From the human T2T-CHM13v2.0 reference genome, Homo sapiens, in the NCBI RefSeq assembly GCF_009914755.1, contig NC_060928.1: a stretch of 64,000 nucleotides of DNA. One strand, written 5' to 3'. Below are positions 46,072 through 58,818 of this stretch, one piece after another (within the stretch, counting starts at the first letter, position 1; the number at the start of each line of letters is the position of its first letter). Under the pieces are notes generated by a model, which did not search any database, had not been told where the DNA came from, and was given only the letters and a program-made list of their open reading frames with translations. The translations under genes and the position numbers were made by a program.

Positions 46072-48774
46072 ATCACTTCAACCAACAATACAGGAAGGTC
46101 TGCATTTATACCCAAAATATATTCTTAGGTAATTATTTACATAAAAAAATTCAACATAGAATTCTTTTAAATATCAAATTCTCCTATGGCATTTAAAATA
46201 CTGTTCAAATTATAAATATATGACCCTCCCTCAACTTTTCAGAAAGAAGAAAATTCTTACATCCTGGATTTCATATCAAGTTTAGTCCATGACAACAATT
46301 TACAGGGAAGATGTAAGCTTGCACTGCAGACTCCAGCTTTAGTCTGCACTCTTGCCTGTAATCTATAGATAATGTCATATAAACTAGGGAAGAAGTTGAA
46401 CTCCAATGCTTCTGCAAATCTTTAGTTGAAATAGAGATTAAGTAATTTTTAGAAATAGTTGACCACATTTTCACAGCATAAAATACTTTTAAGCAAAGGT
46501 TTTCAAGGTTCATCTACTGCTGACATTTTTAAAGTTATTTTTGTTAAAGAAAGAAACTGTCAAAACAAGTTTATCTACAATAGGCCAACTATAGATTCTC
46601 TTCCAGTCTCTTAGAATTTATTTAGAGAAAAAATTTTGTGTGAGTGTATATATATACATATGTGTGTGTGTCAGTAATTATGTGTATCTAGCAGGTAACT
46701 TTGCTGCTTTATGACACTTCTTGAACCACTAGTAAATAACTAAGTGGCTCTAAGTGTTAGAAAATAAAAGCAATCCAGAAACAGAGGGTGGAGGCAGCTG
46801 AAACTTTGTAAATTGCTCAAAAGACTATCTTGGGTCAATGCAAGAGGAAAATCTGAGAACATTTTCTTTAAAAGAAAAAAATAATAATAAAACAGAGCAT
46901 GTAACTTCAGAGTTCAACTTGTGCCTAATCTCTTTGTGTGGGATTTTTTCATTCCAACATGTATCTCCCAGGACAGGCACAACAGCAATCCCTAAATCAT
47001 GTTCATCCTCTGAGAATAGTATGTAATAAACATAGCCTTCCTTAAGGAGATATGTGGGTCAGGGTAAAACACTTTATCTCCCATCCTACCAATCCAAAAT
47101 GTTTATACAGATAGTATCTAGTAAAAACAAATACTAATGGCCACTTTGCTGGGGAAAAGAAGGGATGCAGATGTAACAAAAGAACATGTGCCTTAGGAAA
47201 TATGGAAGGGGCAGGGATTCTCATAATCACTTGAGCATTGTATGAAGTTTATGTATACTTCATTTCTTTTTTTTAACACTGGGTCGTAGGTACCACCTCC
47301 TTGGCACACTATAACTACATCACTGAACCAGTTTCTGGTACTCACAGCTTTAAACATGAGCCCAGCAGACAGTCAAGTCCCTGTTAGAATAATGTCAGAA
47401 ACTATTTTCATGACAAATATGGTATCTGAAGGATACCTCAGATTTCTATTCCTATTCCATTCTACATCTTTGGGTGACAAAATTTATAATCTGGCAGATG
47501 AATATGCTTTGGAAAAGCATATTCAAATATCTAGAACATCAATCTTTTGTATATTGCCTTACCCTCCTTTTTACCTTTTTATATGCATTTCAAGGTAACT
47601 TCAGAGCCAAGAAGGGAGACATTATTACTATTATGTTACACCTTAAAGAAAAGACAAAAAACAGATAGAAACCTCCCTTCTCAGCCACTCAGTATTTATA
47701 GCAGCCATTCTGAAGTCTTTTGGATACACTCTTCATGTGGTATGTATTCTAAACTGTAAGGAGCAAGTGCTGGAGAAAACAGTGAAGTGACCTGTTATTC
47801 TGTGAAAAGAAAAGAGGTATTTCTTTGGAACCACCACTACACCTGCTATGCTTTACTGAAATTCAACCCCTACATTGCTCAATTACTGACACCTGGGAGC
47901 TGGCTAGCAAAAATATGGCTGGGCTGGGTGCGGGGAAAGTGTTCAAATGCATCCATCTTGGTTCCTGGGTAAATAACTTTTGCAAATGTCTATGGTTTTC
48001 TGGTATAACTGAATTTGGGTTTAACTATATGGTGAAAGGATCCAAACACTTGTGTTTTGATACACACACATACACCCAAAAACATTTTTTTAAGATATTT
48101 GGCAAGGCATTTTGTTTTTAACATTTGTGAAATGCAGCCTAACAATGTTCTTACTGTAGTCCTGCCCAAAAGTGATCACTTTTCTGTACTTTTCCTATGA
48201 CAAATTTATTTTCCCTATATGCTTTTGTTGGCTAGCAGCTTTGGCATGACCTGACTGACAATGAGCCAGAAGATCTGAGCCGGGGGAAAATGCATGGCTC
48301 TCAAGTCTTGGCACAGTGGTGGATAAGAGCAGAGCAAATGCCACGCATTCAAGCAGGGCCCTGTGTGCTGGCTCATCAGCTCAGCAAAGGACAACACAGA
48401 GAGCAGATGAAGATGATATACCCTACAACCTCAGAAATAGAAACTCAATTTTTTAAAATTGGTTTTTCAGTGTTAACTAAACAATTGCCAAAGCCTCGTT
48501 TAGCTTAGTAAGCTAAACAGTGGGTCATACGTTACAGGCTTTTGTTCATTGCTGCCCTATCTAGAACTTGAGAAAGACCCCCTCTCATGGCTTACCTTTT
48601 CCCTGTGAAGGAGAAAGGGAAACTGTCAGCTCAGAGTGAGGATGGAAGTGGCAGGGTTGAAAGAGGTCGTCCTAAACCATGAATTGTAAAGGTATTTTAA
48701 CAGCAAATTCTTCAAAGAACATACATGTATCTGCAGTGGCAATCTGATTAGGGTATCAGCATTTGAAATTAATC

Positions 48775-49071
48775 TTTTTTTTTTTTTTGAGACGGAGTCG
48801 CACTTTGTTCCCCAGGTTGGAGTGCAGTGGCGCAATCTCGGCTCACTGCAACCTCCGCTTCCGGGTTCACGCCATTCTCCTGCCTCAGCCTCCCGAAAAG
48901 CTGGGACTACAGGTACCAGCCACCACGCCCGGCTGATTTTTTTTTGTATTTTTAGTAGAGACGGGGTTTCACCATGTTAGCCAGGATGGTCTCGATCTCC
49001 CGATCTCGTGATCCGCTGGCCTCGGCCTCCCAAAGTGCTGGGATTACAGGCGTGAGCCACCACGCCGGGCC
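48775..49071 (-). mobile_element. AluY/Sc8-type
   Basis: antisense dimer; TSD TGAAATTAATCTTT. Confidence 0.95.
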
Positions 49072-49168
49072 CTGAAATTAATCTTTAATCTACTACTCTA
49101 GCACTTAATTTTAAGCAACATACATAAGTCTTAAGTACTATGTACTGGGTGATATCAAGGTAGGTTAG

Positions 49169-49557
<389 letters not shown>

Positions 49558-49821
49558 CAGGAAAGAAAATTTTTAACTCTCACTCTAACAAAAACTCATC
49601 TTCATCAGAATCTGAGTAGATTCATTCAATAAGTGAATGGGTACGATATCTGGCATGTGATTAAGCCTACCACTAAACAAATAAGGCAATGATTTGTAAA
49701 ACTTTTCTGTACCACAGAAAAGTTAAAGCTAAAAGCTAAAAGTTATTCCCAGAAAAACATACATACACATCAAATTTTACAAATAATTTCAGAGAGTTCA
49801 CAGACCTCCATAAAATCTATT

Positions 49822-50375
49822 GCATCAGTTAGCCTTTGCTGTATAACAAACCACTGCAAATGTTATGGTTTAAAACAACACTATTTATCTCAAAATTTTA
49901 GGGATCAACAATTTAGGCTGAACCCAGCTGGGCAGCTCTGTGTTCCCTCATACATCTGTGGTGTGTTCCCTCATACATCCCTCATACATGTCTGTGTTCC
50001 CTCACACATCTGTGGTGAGCCATAGGTCAAGTAGTTAGATCTGCTTCTGGGTGTTGGCTCTCAGAGGCTAGAACATTTTGGCTCAGTTCCATGTGGTCTG
50101 TGATCTTCTAGCAAGTTGCCCAGATTTATTATCATGGTGGAGGTAGGTGCCTGAAAGAGAACGGAAATACACAAAGCCTCCTGAGGACTAATACCAGAAT
50201 TGGTACTACTGCCTAGTTCTTTTGACCAAAGCCAAGTCACAAGGCCTGCCCACATTCGAGGAGCTGGGAAATAGACTCTATCTCTTATGTAAGGTGTTAT
50301 AAAATCATATTGCAAGGGACATTATTACAGGGAGGAATAAAAAATTAGGACCAATTTTTCAACCAATTTACCATA
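49822..50375 (-). mobile_element. MLT1G/H-like LTR with internal templated repeats
   Basis: TTTGCTGTATAACAAACCAC...; GCCAAGTCACAAGGCCTGCCCACATTC. Confidence 0.75.
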
Positions 50376-51259
50376 CCTACTACGAACCTAGGTTAATTTT
50401 CTACAATAAAAATGAAGTAATATGATTTAAAAAATAAAGTTTATTTTTATAAACATGCAGGTACAGAAATTAATCATTGCTTGCATTTCAGAACATGTCC
50501 TTGTACTGTCACGTCCAGAACCAATAGAACACTGTGGGGAAATCAATATGCCCCACATAACTTAAAGTTCCCTTTTTGTTAGGACATCATGAATTGCACA
50601 TACTTTTGGTGGAATGAATGTTAGTGATATTGATGGGTCAGCTGAAGAAAGTGACACAGGATATTATAAATGTCTATGTCAGTTTCTATACCCAACTCCA
50701 TTGAAGTGATACAGGACTTCAAGACTTTCCATGTGTCTCATTCCTTTGTGATCCTATAGTAAATAACACTAACATTTCCTACTAAACCAGAATCCTAGAA
50801 AGCAGCATTTTTACAAAAAATAAGAAAACTTCAGGACAACAGAAGTCTAAACAGGAAATATTCAATGTATAGTGTATCCTGGTGTGTAATGATTTACCCA
50901 GTGATTGCAATAGCATTATCAAAAGTCAGCTGTCAATAGATTTGAGTACCATCATGTTTTCCTTTCTGTGGAAAGAACAGAAAAAAAGTAATTGACTGTA
51001 GAAATCTCAGTAAATAATTGGCAATCAGTGACTGAATTTAGGCAAAATGTATGTTCTTAATTTGGGTACATTTAGTTCACATCAGTTCTGACTTTGCCAT
51101 TACCAAAGAGTATACATGTCTAGTTAGATTTTCTTTGATATCCTAATGCTTTAATTCTTCTTACATGCTTTTTGTTTTTAATTACAATAGAATGGGTGCA
51201 ATGACTGAATCCACAGGGATGAATCCTCCACCTAACCCCAACTCCCTCTCTATAATCCT

Positions 51260-51698
51260 CTATTAGTTTCCTACTGCTGCTATAACAAATTGTCACAAAT
51301 TAGGTAGCTTAAAACAACACCGATTTATTATCTTATAGTTCTGGAGGCCAGACATCTGAAATGAATCTCACTAAGCTAAAGTCAGTGTGTCAACAGGCTG
51401 CATTCCTTTCTGGAGGCTCTAAGGAGCCTCCATTTTCTTGCCTTTTTCAGCTCCTCCAGGCTGCCTGCATTTCTTAGCTCATGTCCTCCCTCTTCTACTT
51501 TTAAGGACTCTTGTGATTACATTGGATCCGCCCAGATAACCTGGAATAACCCAGATAACCTGGAATAATTTCCCATTTTAAAGTCAGATGATTGCAAACC
51601 TTAATTCTATCTTCTACCTTTGTCATGCAACAACATATTCACAGGTTCCAGGGATTAGGACAGGGACATCTTTGGGAGCCATAATTGTGCCTGCCACA
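51260..51698 (-). mobile_element. MLT1C-like LTR with 19-bp tandem duplication (51531-51568)
   Basis: TATTAGTTTCCTACTGCTGCTATAACAAATT...CAGGTTCCAGGGATTAGGAC; CCCAGATAACCTGGAATAA x2. Confidence 0.85.
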
Positions 51699-52812
51699 AA
51701 CCCAAGCCCATATCACCTCTTTTCTCAGCTTACCTTAAATATTGATGCCTAGTGGTATGAACCAATTCTTCCCAAGAGAGGCTTTGTAGTACATGTTTAT
51801 ATTAAGCAGAGGTTCTTTATGAAGACAAATGGCATCTTCCCAATGCAAACTCTAGAAACGTTAACTGTATTACCATTGAAATGTAAAAGAATGTATCATG
51901 GTTTTATCAGCCATAAGAAGGGCCACTTGAAAGAGTAGATTTCAGATATTTTTATATACTATGGATGAACTATACTCAGAGACAATTAAATGCATCATGC
52001 TTAATTATTGATAGGTTCCTTGTTTTATTACAGACCTTTTGCAAGTCTACTGCTTATTTTTACCACTTTATTTGCAAAATATTTGATAATAATTGCTTCT
52101 TATTTTGAGGTAGGGATCAATGTCATGAGTTAATTTTTTTAAACTAAATAAAGGTAAGCAAGATTAGTCTTTGTTCTCAACTTAAAACAAACTAGTAAAA
52201 AAATGATTCTGCCCATTTACAAACAGATATGAGACTTACTTAAATCCTGTTATTTAATTCTTTATACTCCCAGAGAACAAGCATGGTCTAATTCAGTGTA
52301 TAATGAAATATGACAGGCTGAAGGCGGGAGTTCTAAAGCCAGAGAAAAAGAATAATCAACTAGAAAATACTAAATGAGGAAAGAAAAGAGACCTGGGAAG
52401 AAAGGAGAGAGCAGCTATTGCAATACAATGGGAGAGAGCATTAATTTCCTTGGGGATTAAACAGTGGTTAAATAGTAGCTGCCTTCCTTTTTACTTGATA
52501 TGACTTAATTTAAAATATTGATATAAAATATACAATGTTATATTTGAAAGCATAAGGAAATATGAGAATAAATAAATGCTGACTTGGAAGTTGGATTATT
52601 ATATGAGGCAGCAGCTCTTTTGCTATGTATTCCATTTATGAAAACTATCTTTGTCACCATTAAGAAATGTTCACTCAAAAAATGATGTGGGATGTGTAGA
52701 TATTCCCATTACCAGTAGAAATTTGGGAGGAAGAAATAAATAGTCATGAGCTACTTATTAGCTTACTATTTATATAGTTAATGAACACTAACTATATTCA
52801 GATAAATCTTGG

Positions 52813-53261
52813 TGTATTAGTCAGGGTTCCCTAGAGGGACAGAACTAATAGGATATAGATATATAGATATATATGCAAACAGGAGTTTATTAAGTATTAA
52901 CTTACATGATCACAAGGTCCCACAATAGGCTGTCTGCAAGCTTGAGAAGCAAGAAGAGCCAGTCCAATCCCCAAAACTGAAGACACTGGAGTCTGATATT
53001 TGAGGGCAAGAAGCATTCAACACGGGAGAAAGATGTAGGATGGGAGGCTAGGCCAGTCTCGCCCTCTCACGTTTTTCTACCCACTTTATATTTGCTGGAA
53101 GCTGATTAGATTGTGCCCACCAGATTAAGTGTAGGTCTGCCTTCCCCAGCCCACTGACTCAAACGTTAATCTCCTTTGACAACACCCTCACAGACACACC
53201 CAGGATCAAGACTTTGCATCCTTCAAACCAACCAAGTTGAAACTCAGTATTAACCATCACA
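52813..53261 (-). mobile_element. MLT2A1 LTR (3' LTR of HERV-L)
   Basis: TGTATTAGTCAGGGTTCCCTAGAGGGACAGAACTAATAGG...TATTAACCATCACA. Confidence 0.9.
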
Positions 53262-53881
53262 AATCCACCCGTTGTCAATTTGAACCCATACACATCTCCT
53301 TAGATTATAATTTTCAAATAAAGACAATAATGAGGTCATAATTATGTCTTACATAATACAAGTATCCTTCGTACAACTGGAAATGCACCAATCCCCAACC
53401 CAAATACTATTACATAAAGTCAACAATACTTAAATGCTGACATGAAGTCAGTAAATCTTATGTCACATGATAAAGGAAAAGGAAATTAAATGAAGATATT
53501 TTCTTAGTACAAGTGTATACACGCACAAACAAGTTTTTAACAAAAGAAGGGGGAAATACTCATAACAGTTACAGTCCTCGTTTCTGCAGCTGGTCACGTA
53601 ATCGTAGCTGGTATTGATGACTATCTTCTACTACCCATTCTGTACTCCCTTTGCCTTCAGCAAGCACCTCAGCAGGTCGTGGTTTTTCTCCTGGTGGAGT
53701 GACCCAAACCTTCATTCCTGAAGGGTCTCGACCATTTGTAGACCTGCCTGGATTGGGCTATTATAGTTTCCCATTGATCTTAATCACAGGGCATGGTAAT
53801 ACTAAGAGATGCCCTAATGGATCTCCTGTGTTCCATGCATACTCTTCCTTACCTGAGTTATGGAGTAGTAGACTGATTTCT
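53262..53881 (-). mobile_element. HERV-L internal 3' end (pol/dUTPase C-terminal remnant)
   Basis: minus strand translates EISLLLHNSGKEEYAWNTGDPLGHLLVLPCPVIKINGKL**PNPG...MKVWVTPPGEKPRPAEVLAEGKG..QLQKRGL*. Confidence 0.88.
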
Positions 53882-54009
53882 GGATCATTCTCAGCAAACT
53901 CCATTTTCACAGAACAGCAGAGACTACACATTGCTGTCCTGTGTAATTCAAGAATGGTTCTACTTAATCACTAACAAGCAACCAGTGTGACTGTGAGAAG
54001 AAGACATTT

Positions 54010-54830
54010 TGAGAGACGGAATTAATGTGCTTCTACAAAAGAGATAGGGGTAAGTAGAAAAGTAATCTCTCCTAATTTCAATAAGGTTTTTTCAGTATCT
54101 CACAAAACAATGTTAAAGACATTTAGAAAAGCAGGTTTTGGGACAAGCTGATTTGGAAGGATTAACCATAGATCATACCACATTTTAAGTCTTTACCAGT
54201 ATTCAGAATAAAGCAATTAAAATATGAAGTTTATTATGTATGTATATTAAGTATCTGCTTGTGTTCTGTAAGACATAATGAATTCCAAATGACTTTGACA
54301 AAATAGCTACATTTTCTATAAAATGAGATTAAAATGGAGAGCAAAAATATGTACATTTAGAAACCAAAATAAATAATTCAAATGTTTCTCTTGTGAAACA
54401 ACTGGGAACTAAGTGGCAAGACTACATTTGACCAGAAGCTGAATGATTTTGCAACATAATACCCTAACTTGGTGGTTTTCAATCAAGGGTTATTTTGGCC
54501 CACAGGGCATATTTGGCAGTGTCTGGAGACATTTTTGATAGTCACAATTGGGAGGATGCTATCAGCATCTACCGGATAGAAGACAGAGATATTGCTGAAT
54601 ATCCCACACACAGCAAAGGCTACTCACAACAAAGAATTATCTTGTTCAAAGTTTCAACTGTGCTGAGATTGAGAAAAAAATTAACAAATTGTGTGATACA
54701 GGAATGTATTAAAATAAATAATATTAGCATCTAAAGTTTCCCTTCAACCACATTCTGTCCCAGATCTTTATTAGAATATTATGTTCCATTTTAGGGTATT
54801 ACCCTTCAGAATGTATAGATTTAAATGATT
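54010..54830 (+). mobile_element. L3/CR1 remnants with nested MER20 (~54470-54690)
   Basis: TTTCAATAAGGTTTTT..TCTCA (FxKAFDxVSH-like), TTAGAATATTATGTTCCATTTTAG (LEYCVQFW-like); MER20 TTTGGCAGTGTCTGGAGACATTTTTG. Confidence 0.55.
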
Positions 54831-56336
54831 GTAAATAGACTATTATGATTGTCCATGTCTTGGTCTTCTGCTTATACAGTAATAATTACTGTATTATTGC
54901 TCTGTCTCTCACTTATTTAGAAGACCTGAAAATAATTTATGCCTTTTTTGAAGGTAGGTTCTGTGTCTTGGGTATCTAAGATACCTGGATTTTTTTAGTG
55001 CCTCACAAATACACTGTCTGATAAACAGGTGAAAAAAGAAAGCTGATTAAAGATTAAGTTGAATGTTTTAGAGAATTAAGTCAGTTTTCAATTATGTGTT
55101 AAAAGAAAATCTCTAAAAGTTAAAACACATAGAAAAATATCCAACGTACCAAAAATACAAATACCACAAAACTCTAAATGAATGAGCCAAAACTCTTACA
55201 TTACCAACATCAAACTATCCCAAAGGCTGAAAATGTTTTAATAATATGCATCTTATAGCTAGAAATATGGTAAAAAATAAAGAATGAAGAATTTCAAAGC
55301 AAAATAAACAAACCTTCACGTCACTTGAAGTAGACAACAGTTAGAAAGGGGAAAAGGTGCTGGAAATGAAGTTAGAAGTAATCATTTTAAAGAGTGGGAA
55401 TGACAAGCAAGTTTTTGTGGTGAGAAGAGTTTGTTTTCATGAGACCACATTGAACAAAATGACACAGTGGAACCATTTTGTGTGGTCCTGTTCATATTTC
55501 CATTGGATAGACACTGTACTGATTCTACCATATGCTTTGCAGCCAAATATGACAAAATGTAACCTTAAGCAAAAATATATACAAAATATTGTTTGTTATT
55601 TAAATTTTAAAACAAGTATTATATTCAGAACAAGAACCACACAGCAGTTAAGTATTATAAAACATACTCTATGTATGAGCATAGCTTCAGTCTAAACATT
55701 TTTTAAATGTTCTTTGATGAGAAGATTTAATTTAAAATATCTTTTAATTTATTAACCTGCTGTATTTCACAAATGCAATAAATTCTACTTTGATAATGTA
55801 TTATCTGATAACTAAAAGTGCATAATTTGTATTATTTTAAGGTAATGTGACCTGGAAATGGGGAAAATGTGGGAAATCCTCAGAAAAGACTTTTTATCTA
55901 ATAGCTAGTAGTTTCAACCTCTTTACCAACAAAATCTCTTCCCAATAAAATACCAATACAAAATCAAGGATCTTCTTAGAGTTTCCTTCCCCAGAATGTA
56001 AGGAGAAGCAAAACCCAACTGCATCAACTCTTGAATAATTAGGGATTAACCATGGTCAGCATGTTTCCAAATCAATGCCTTTCTCAAATCTGGAAAATTA
56101 TCTGCCATTGTTTCTTCAAATATGGCAACTGCCATTCCTCTCTAGTCCTCCCTATGCTATCCTGGAACTCCTCATGAAACAAATGTTAGACTTCTTCATT
56201 TTACTTTCCATGTTTTTTTAACCCCTCCTTTCTACTTTTATTTTTTTTTCCTCTGTGCTACACTCATTTTATCTCCCCAGACCTTCCATTTCATTAATTC
56301 TTTCTTTGGCTGTGTCTGACATACAGCTTAACTTAT

Positions 56337-56843
56337 TGTATTAGCCAGGGCTCTCCAGAGAAACAGAACCAACAGGAGATAGATAGATATCGATACAGAG
56401 ATTTATTCTAGAAATTGGCTCATGCAATGATGGAGGCTCATGATCTGATATCTTCAAGCTGGGACACCAGAAAAGCCAGCAGTGTAAGTCAGGTGAGGTT
56501 TACTAGCCTGAGAATTGGTATCGGAGCTGATGGTGTAAGTAACATTCCAAATCCAAAGGCCTAAAAACCAAGAGTGCCAATGCCCTACAGCAGGAGAAGA
56601 TGGATGTCCCCACTCAAACAAAGATCAAATTTTCCCTTCCTCCACTTTTTTGTTCTATTTGGAGCCTCAATGGTTTAGATGATGCTCACCCAAACTGATA
56701 AAGGTTATCTTTACTCAGTCTACTGATTCAAATGCTAATCTCTTCTGGGAACAGCTTCACAGACATACCCAGAAATAATCTTTTACTAGCTATCTGAGTA
56801 GCCCTTAACCCAGTCAATATGACACATAAAATTAAACATCACA
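56337..56843 (-). mobile_element. MLT2B/C/D solo LTR inside antisense old L1 (~56060-57000)
   Basis: TGTATTAGCCAGGGCTCTCCAGAGAAACAGAACCAACAGG...AATTAAACATCACA; TSD CTTAT/CCTAT. Confidence 0.88.
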
Positions 56844-57197
56844 CCTATCCACTGAGCTCTGTATCTCCAATGATTATATGTTGCATTTCTAAAAGTTCTC
56901 CAGTTATTTCCCAAATCTAACTTTTCTTTTTTGATAGAAAAGTTGGCTTTATTTTTTATTCCTTCTTTCATGTCCTTATTTATTTTAAAATATTAGTTGA
57001 TGATTTTTGTTTACCATTTAAATCATGAAAACAAAATTCCAGCTAATTAAGTGGATCATGCTGATATGGGACATTGCCTCCTCACTTCAAACAGATAACT
57101 ACACAGAATAAAACAGTACAAAGAAAATTAAATTGCTGAGTTATAAATTAAGAGAAATTTGCAGGTGCTACAAATAACGGGGGAACATGAAGAGTGG

Positions 57198-57662
57198 TGT
57201 TATGAGTCAAATTGTATCCCTACGAAACTCACACATTGAAGTCTTAACCCTCAGTGCCTCAGAATGTGGCCTGATTTGGAAATAGGTCTATTACAATGTA
57301 ATTAGTAGTTAGGATAAGGTCATCATGGAGTAAGGTGAGACCCTACTTCAATAGGACTGGTATCTTTTTAAGAGGGGGAAATTTGGACAAAGGCGCACAC
57401 ATGTAGGAGAATACCATGTGAAGATGAAGGCAGAGATTATGCTTCTACACACCATGGAACACCAGAGATTGCTAATAAAGGACCAGAAGCTACGGGGAAG
57501 GCATGGAAAAGATTGTTCCTCATAGCCCACATAATAAACCAGTTTTACCAATAGCTTGATCTCAGGCTTCTAACCTCTAGAATTGTGAGACAATAAATTT
57601 TTTGTTTTTTAAGCCACCTAGTCTGTGGCACTTTGTTATGGCAACACTAGCAAACTAATATA
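57198..57662 (+). mobile_element. MLT1B/C solo LTR
   Basis: TGTTATG...CAAACTAATA; TSD AGTGG/AATGG. Confidence 0.88.
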
Positions 57663-57953
57663 AATGGTAAACTAAGAGGCCGAAGCCATTGGGCTCATTG
57701 GATAATCAGGACCAGTGATTAGTCTTACAGGCTGGGAGCTAGGGCTTTAAGGCTGGGAAATAAAATAATTCAAAGATAGAACTTGTGCCCCCAGGATGGT
57801 AAAAACTGAGCTAGGAGCCTAGAAGTCCTTTTTCGTAAGTAAAAACAGACTAGAGAAATTCTATTTACTGAGCTAAGGAAATTTTTTGAAAGTTTATCTT
57901 CTGAGAGGCTTAAGCGAAAAAAAAAAAGTTATCTTGGACAACTAGAATTCCAA

Positions 57954-58534
57954 TTTTTTTTTCTTTGCCACATGAGATTATTTTATTTAAAAACTCAAAG
58001 GAGGCAGAGTGTGGAGTGGTATCTGTCCACTCTCAGGCACGAACCTGTGTGCACACATCCTCCAATGTCCTGCATGGCCTCTTACATCAAGAGTTGGCTC
58101 AGACTCTGGCTGTGGCTCCATCAGAAAATGCAAGGCACAGGCCATAAGCTAGGAAGGGAGCCTTGCAGCTTGGACCTGAGCACAGAAGGACATGCATGGT
58201 GGCTCGTACTCATATTGGAAGGCAGAACCATCACAATGCCTCTTTGGGGGTTTCCAGAGAGCGCAGGGCTCCTGGACTCCCTTGGTAGCTCCAGTTCTTG
58301 GAGAAGGCCACTGATTCTTGCTGGGCAACTCTAGCTCCTTGAACTCCAGGATATGTTCCTGGGACCTGGTCACAAGGGCCTGATGTGGACTGGGGACATG
58401 GCCAAGGGGCGAGAGGCTGGGGCTATAGCTCTGGAGTGGGGAGTTGGGTGTATGGCTAAGGTGTGGAGCTGGGGTGCAGGGGACCAGGGGCTGAGCAGAT
58501 GGCTGGTAGGGGCAGAGAGCTGCTCCCCTGCCCC
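57954..58534 (-). pseudogene. ACD: 5'-truncated processed pseudogene of ACD (TPP1, shelterin): C-terminal coding region, 3' UTR, AATAAA and polyA
   Basis: ORF 58149-58556 contains [80 protein letters not shown], then stop, then LMACALHFLMEPQPESEPT, matching recalled human TPP1 C-terminus; AATAAA at 57982-57987 (minus), T9 at 57954-57962; frameshift and premature stop. Confidence 0.9.
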
Positions 58535-58818
58535 AGTCTTTGCTAATGCATAACAAAGGTGACCATTGCTCCAGTTCCCAGTAATTTTCTCATCTCCATC
58601 TGAGACCACCTCAGCCTGGACTTCATTGTCCATATCACTATCAGCATTTTGGTTACTGCAATTTGACAAGTCTCTAGGAAGTTCTTAACTTTCCCTCATC
58701 TTCCTGTCTTCTGTGACCTCCAAACTATTCCAGCCTTTGCCTGTTACCCAGTTCCAAAGCTGCTTGCACATTTTCAGGTGTCTTAATAGCAATGTCCCAA
58801 TTCCTGGTACCAATTTTC
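58535..58818 (-). mobile_element. MSTA internal sequence, 5' ~280 bp only
   Basis: MaLR ORF remnant [21 protein letters not shown]...GNWS.GH.CYALAK in ORF 58370-58669. Confidence 0.9.

Noticed and set aside
53651-53974. 107-aa plus-strand ORF
   Set aside because: Antisense to HERV-L pol remnant; the meaningful frame is on minus and has stops
57972-58553. Plus-strand ORFs of 120 and 66 aa
   Set aside because: Antisense shadows of the GC-rich ACD retrocopy
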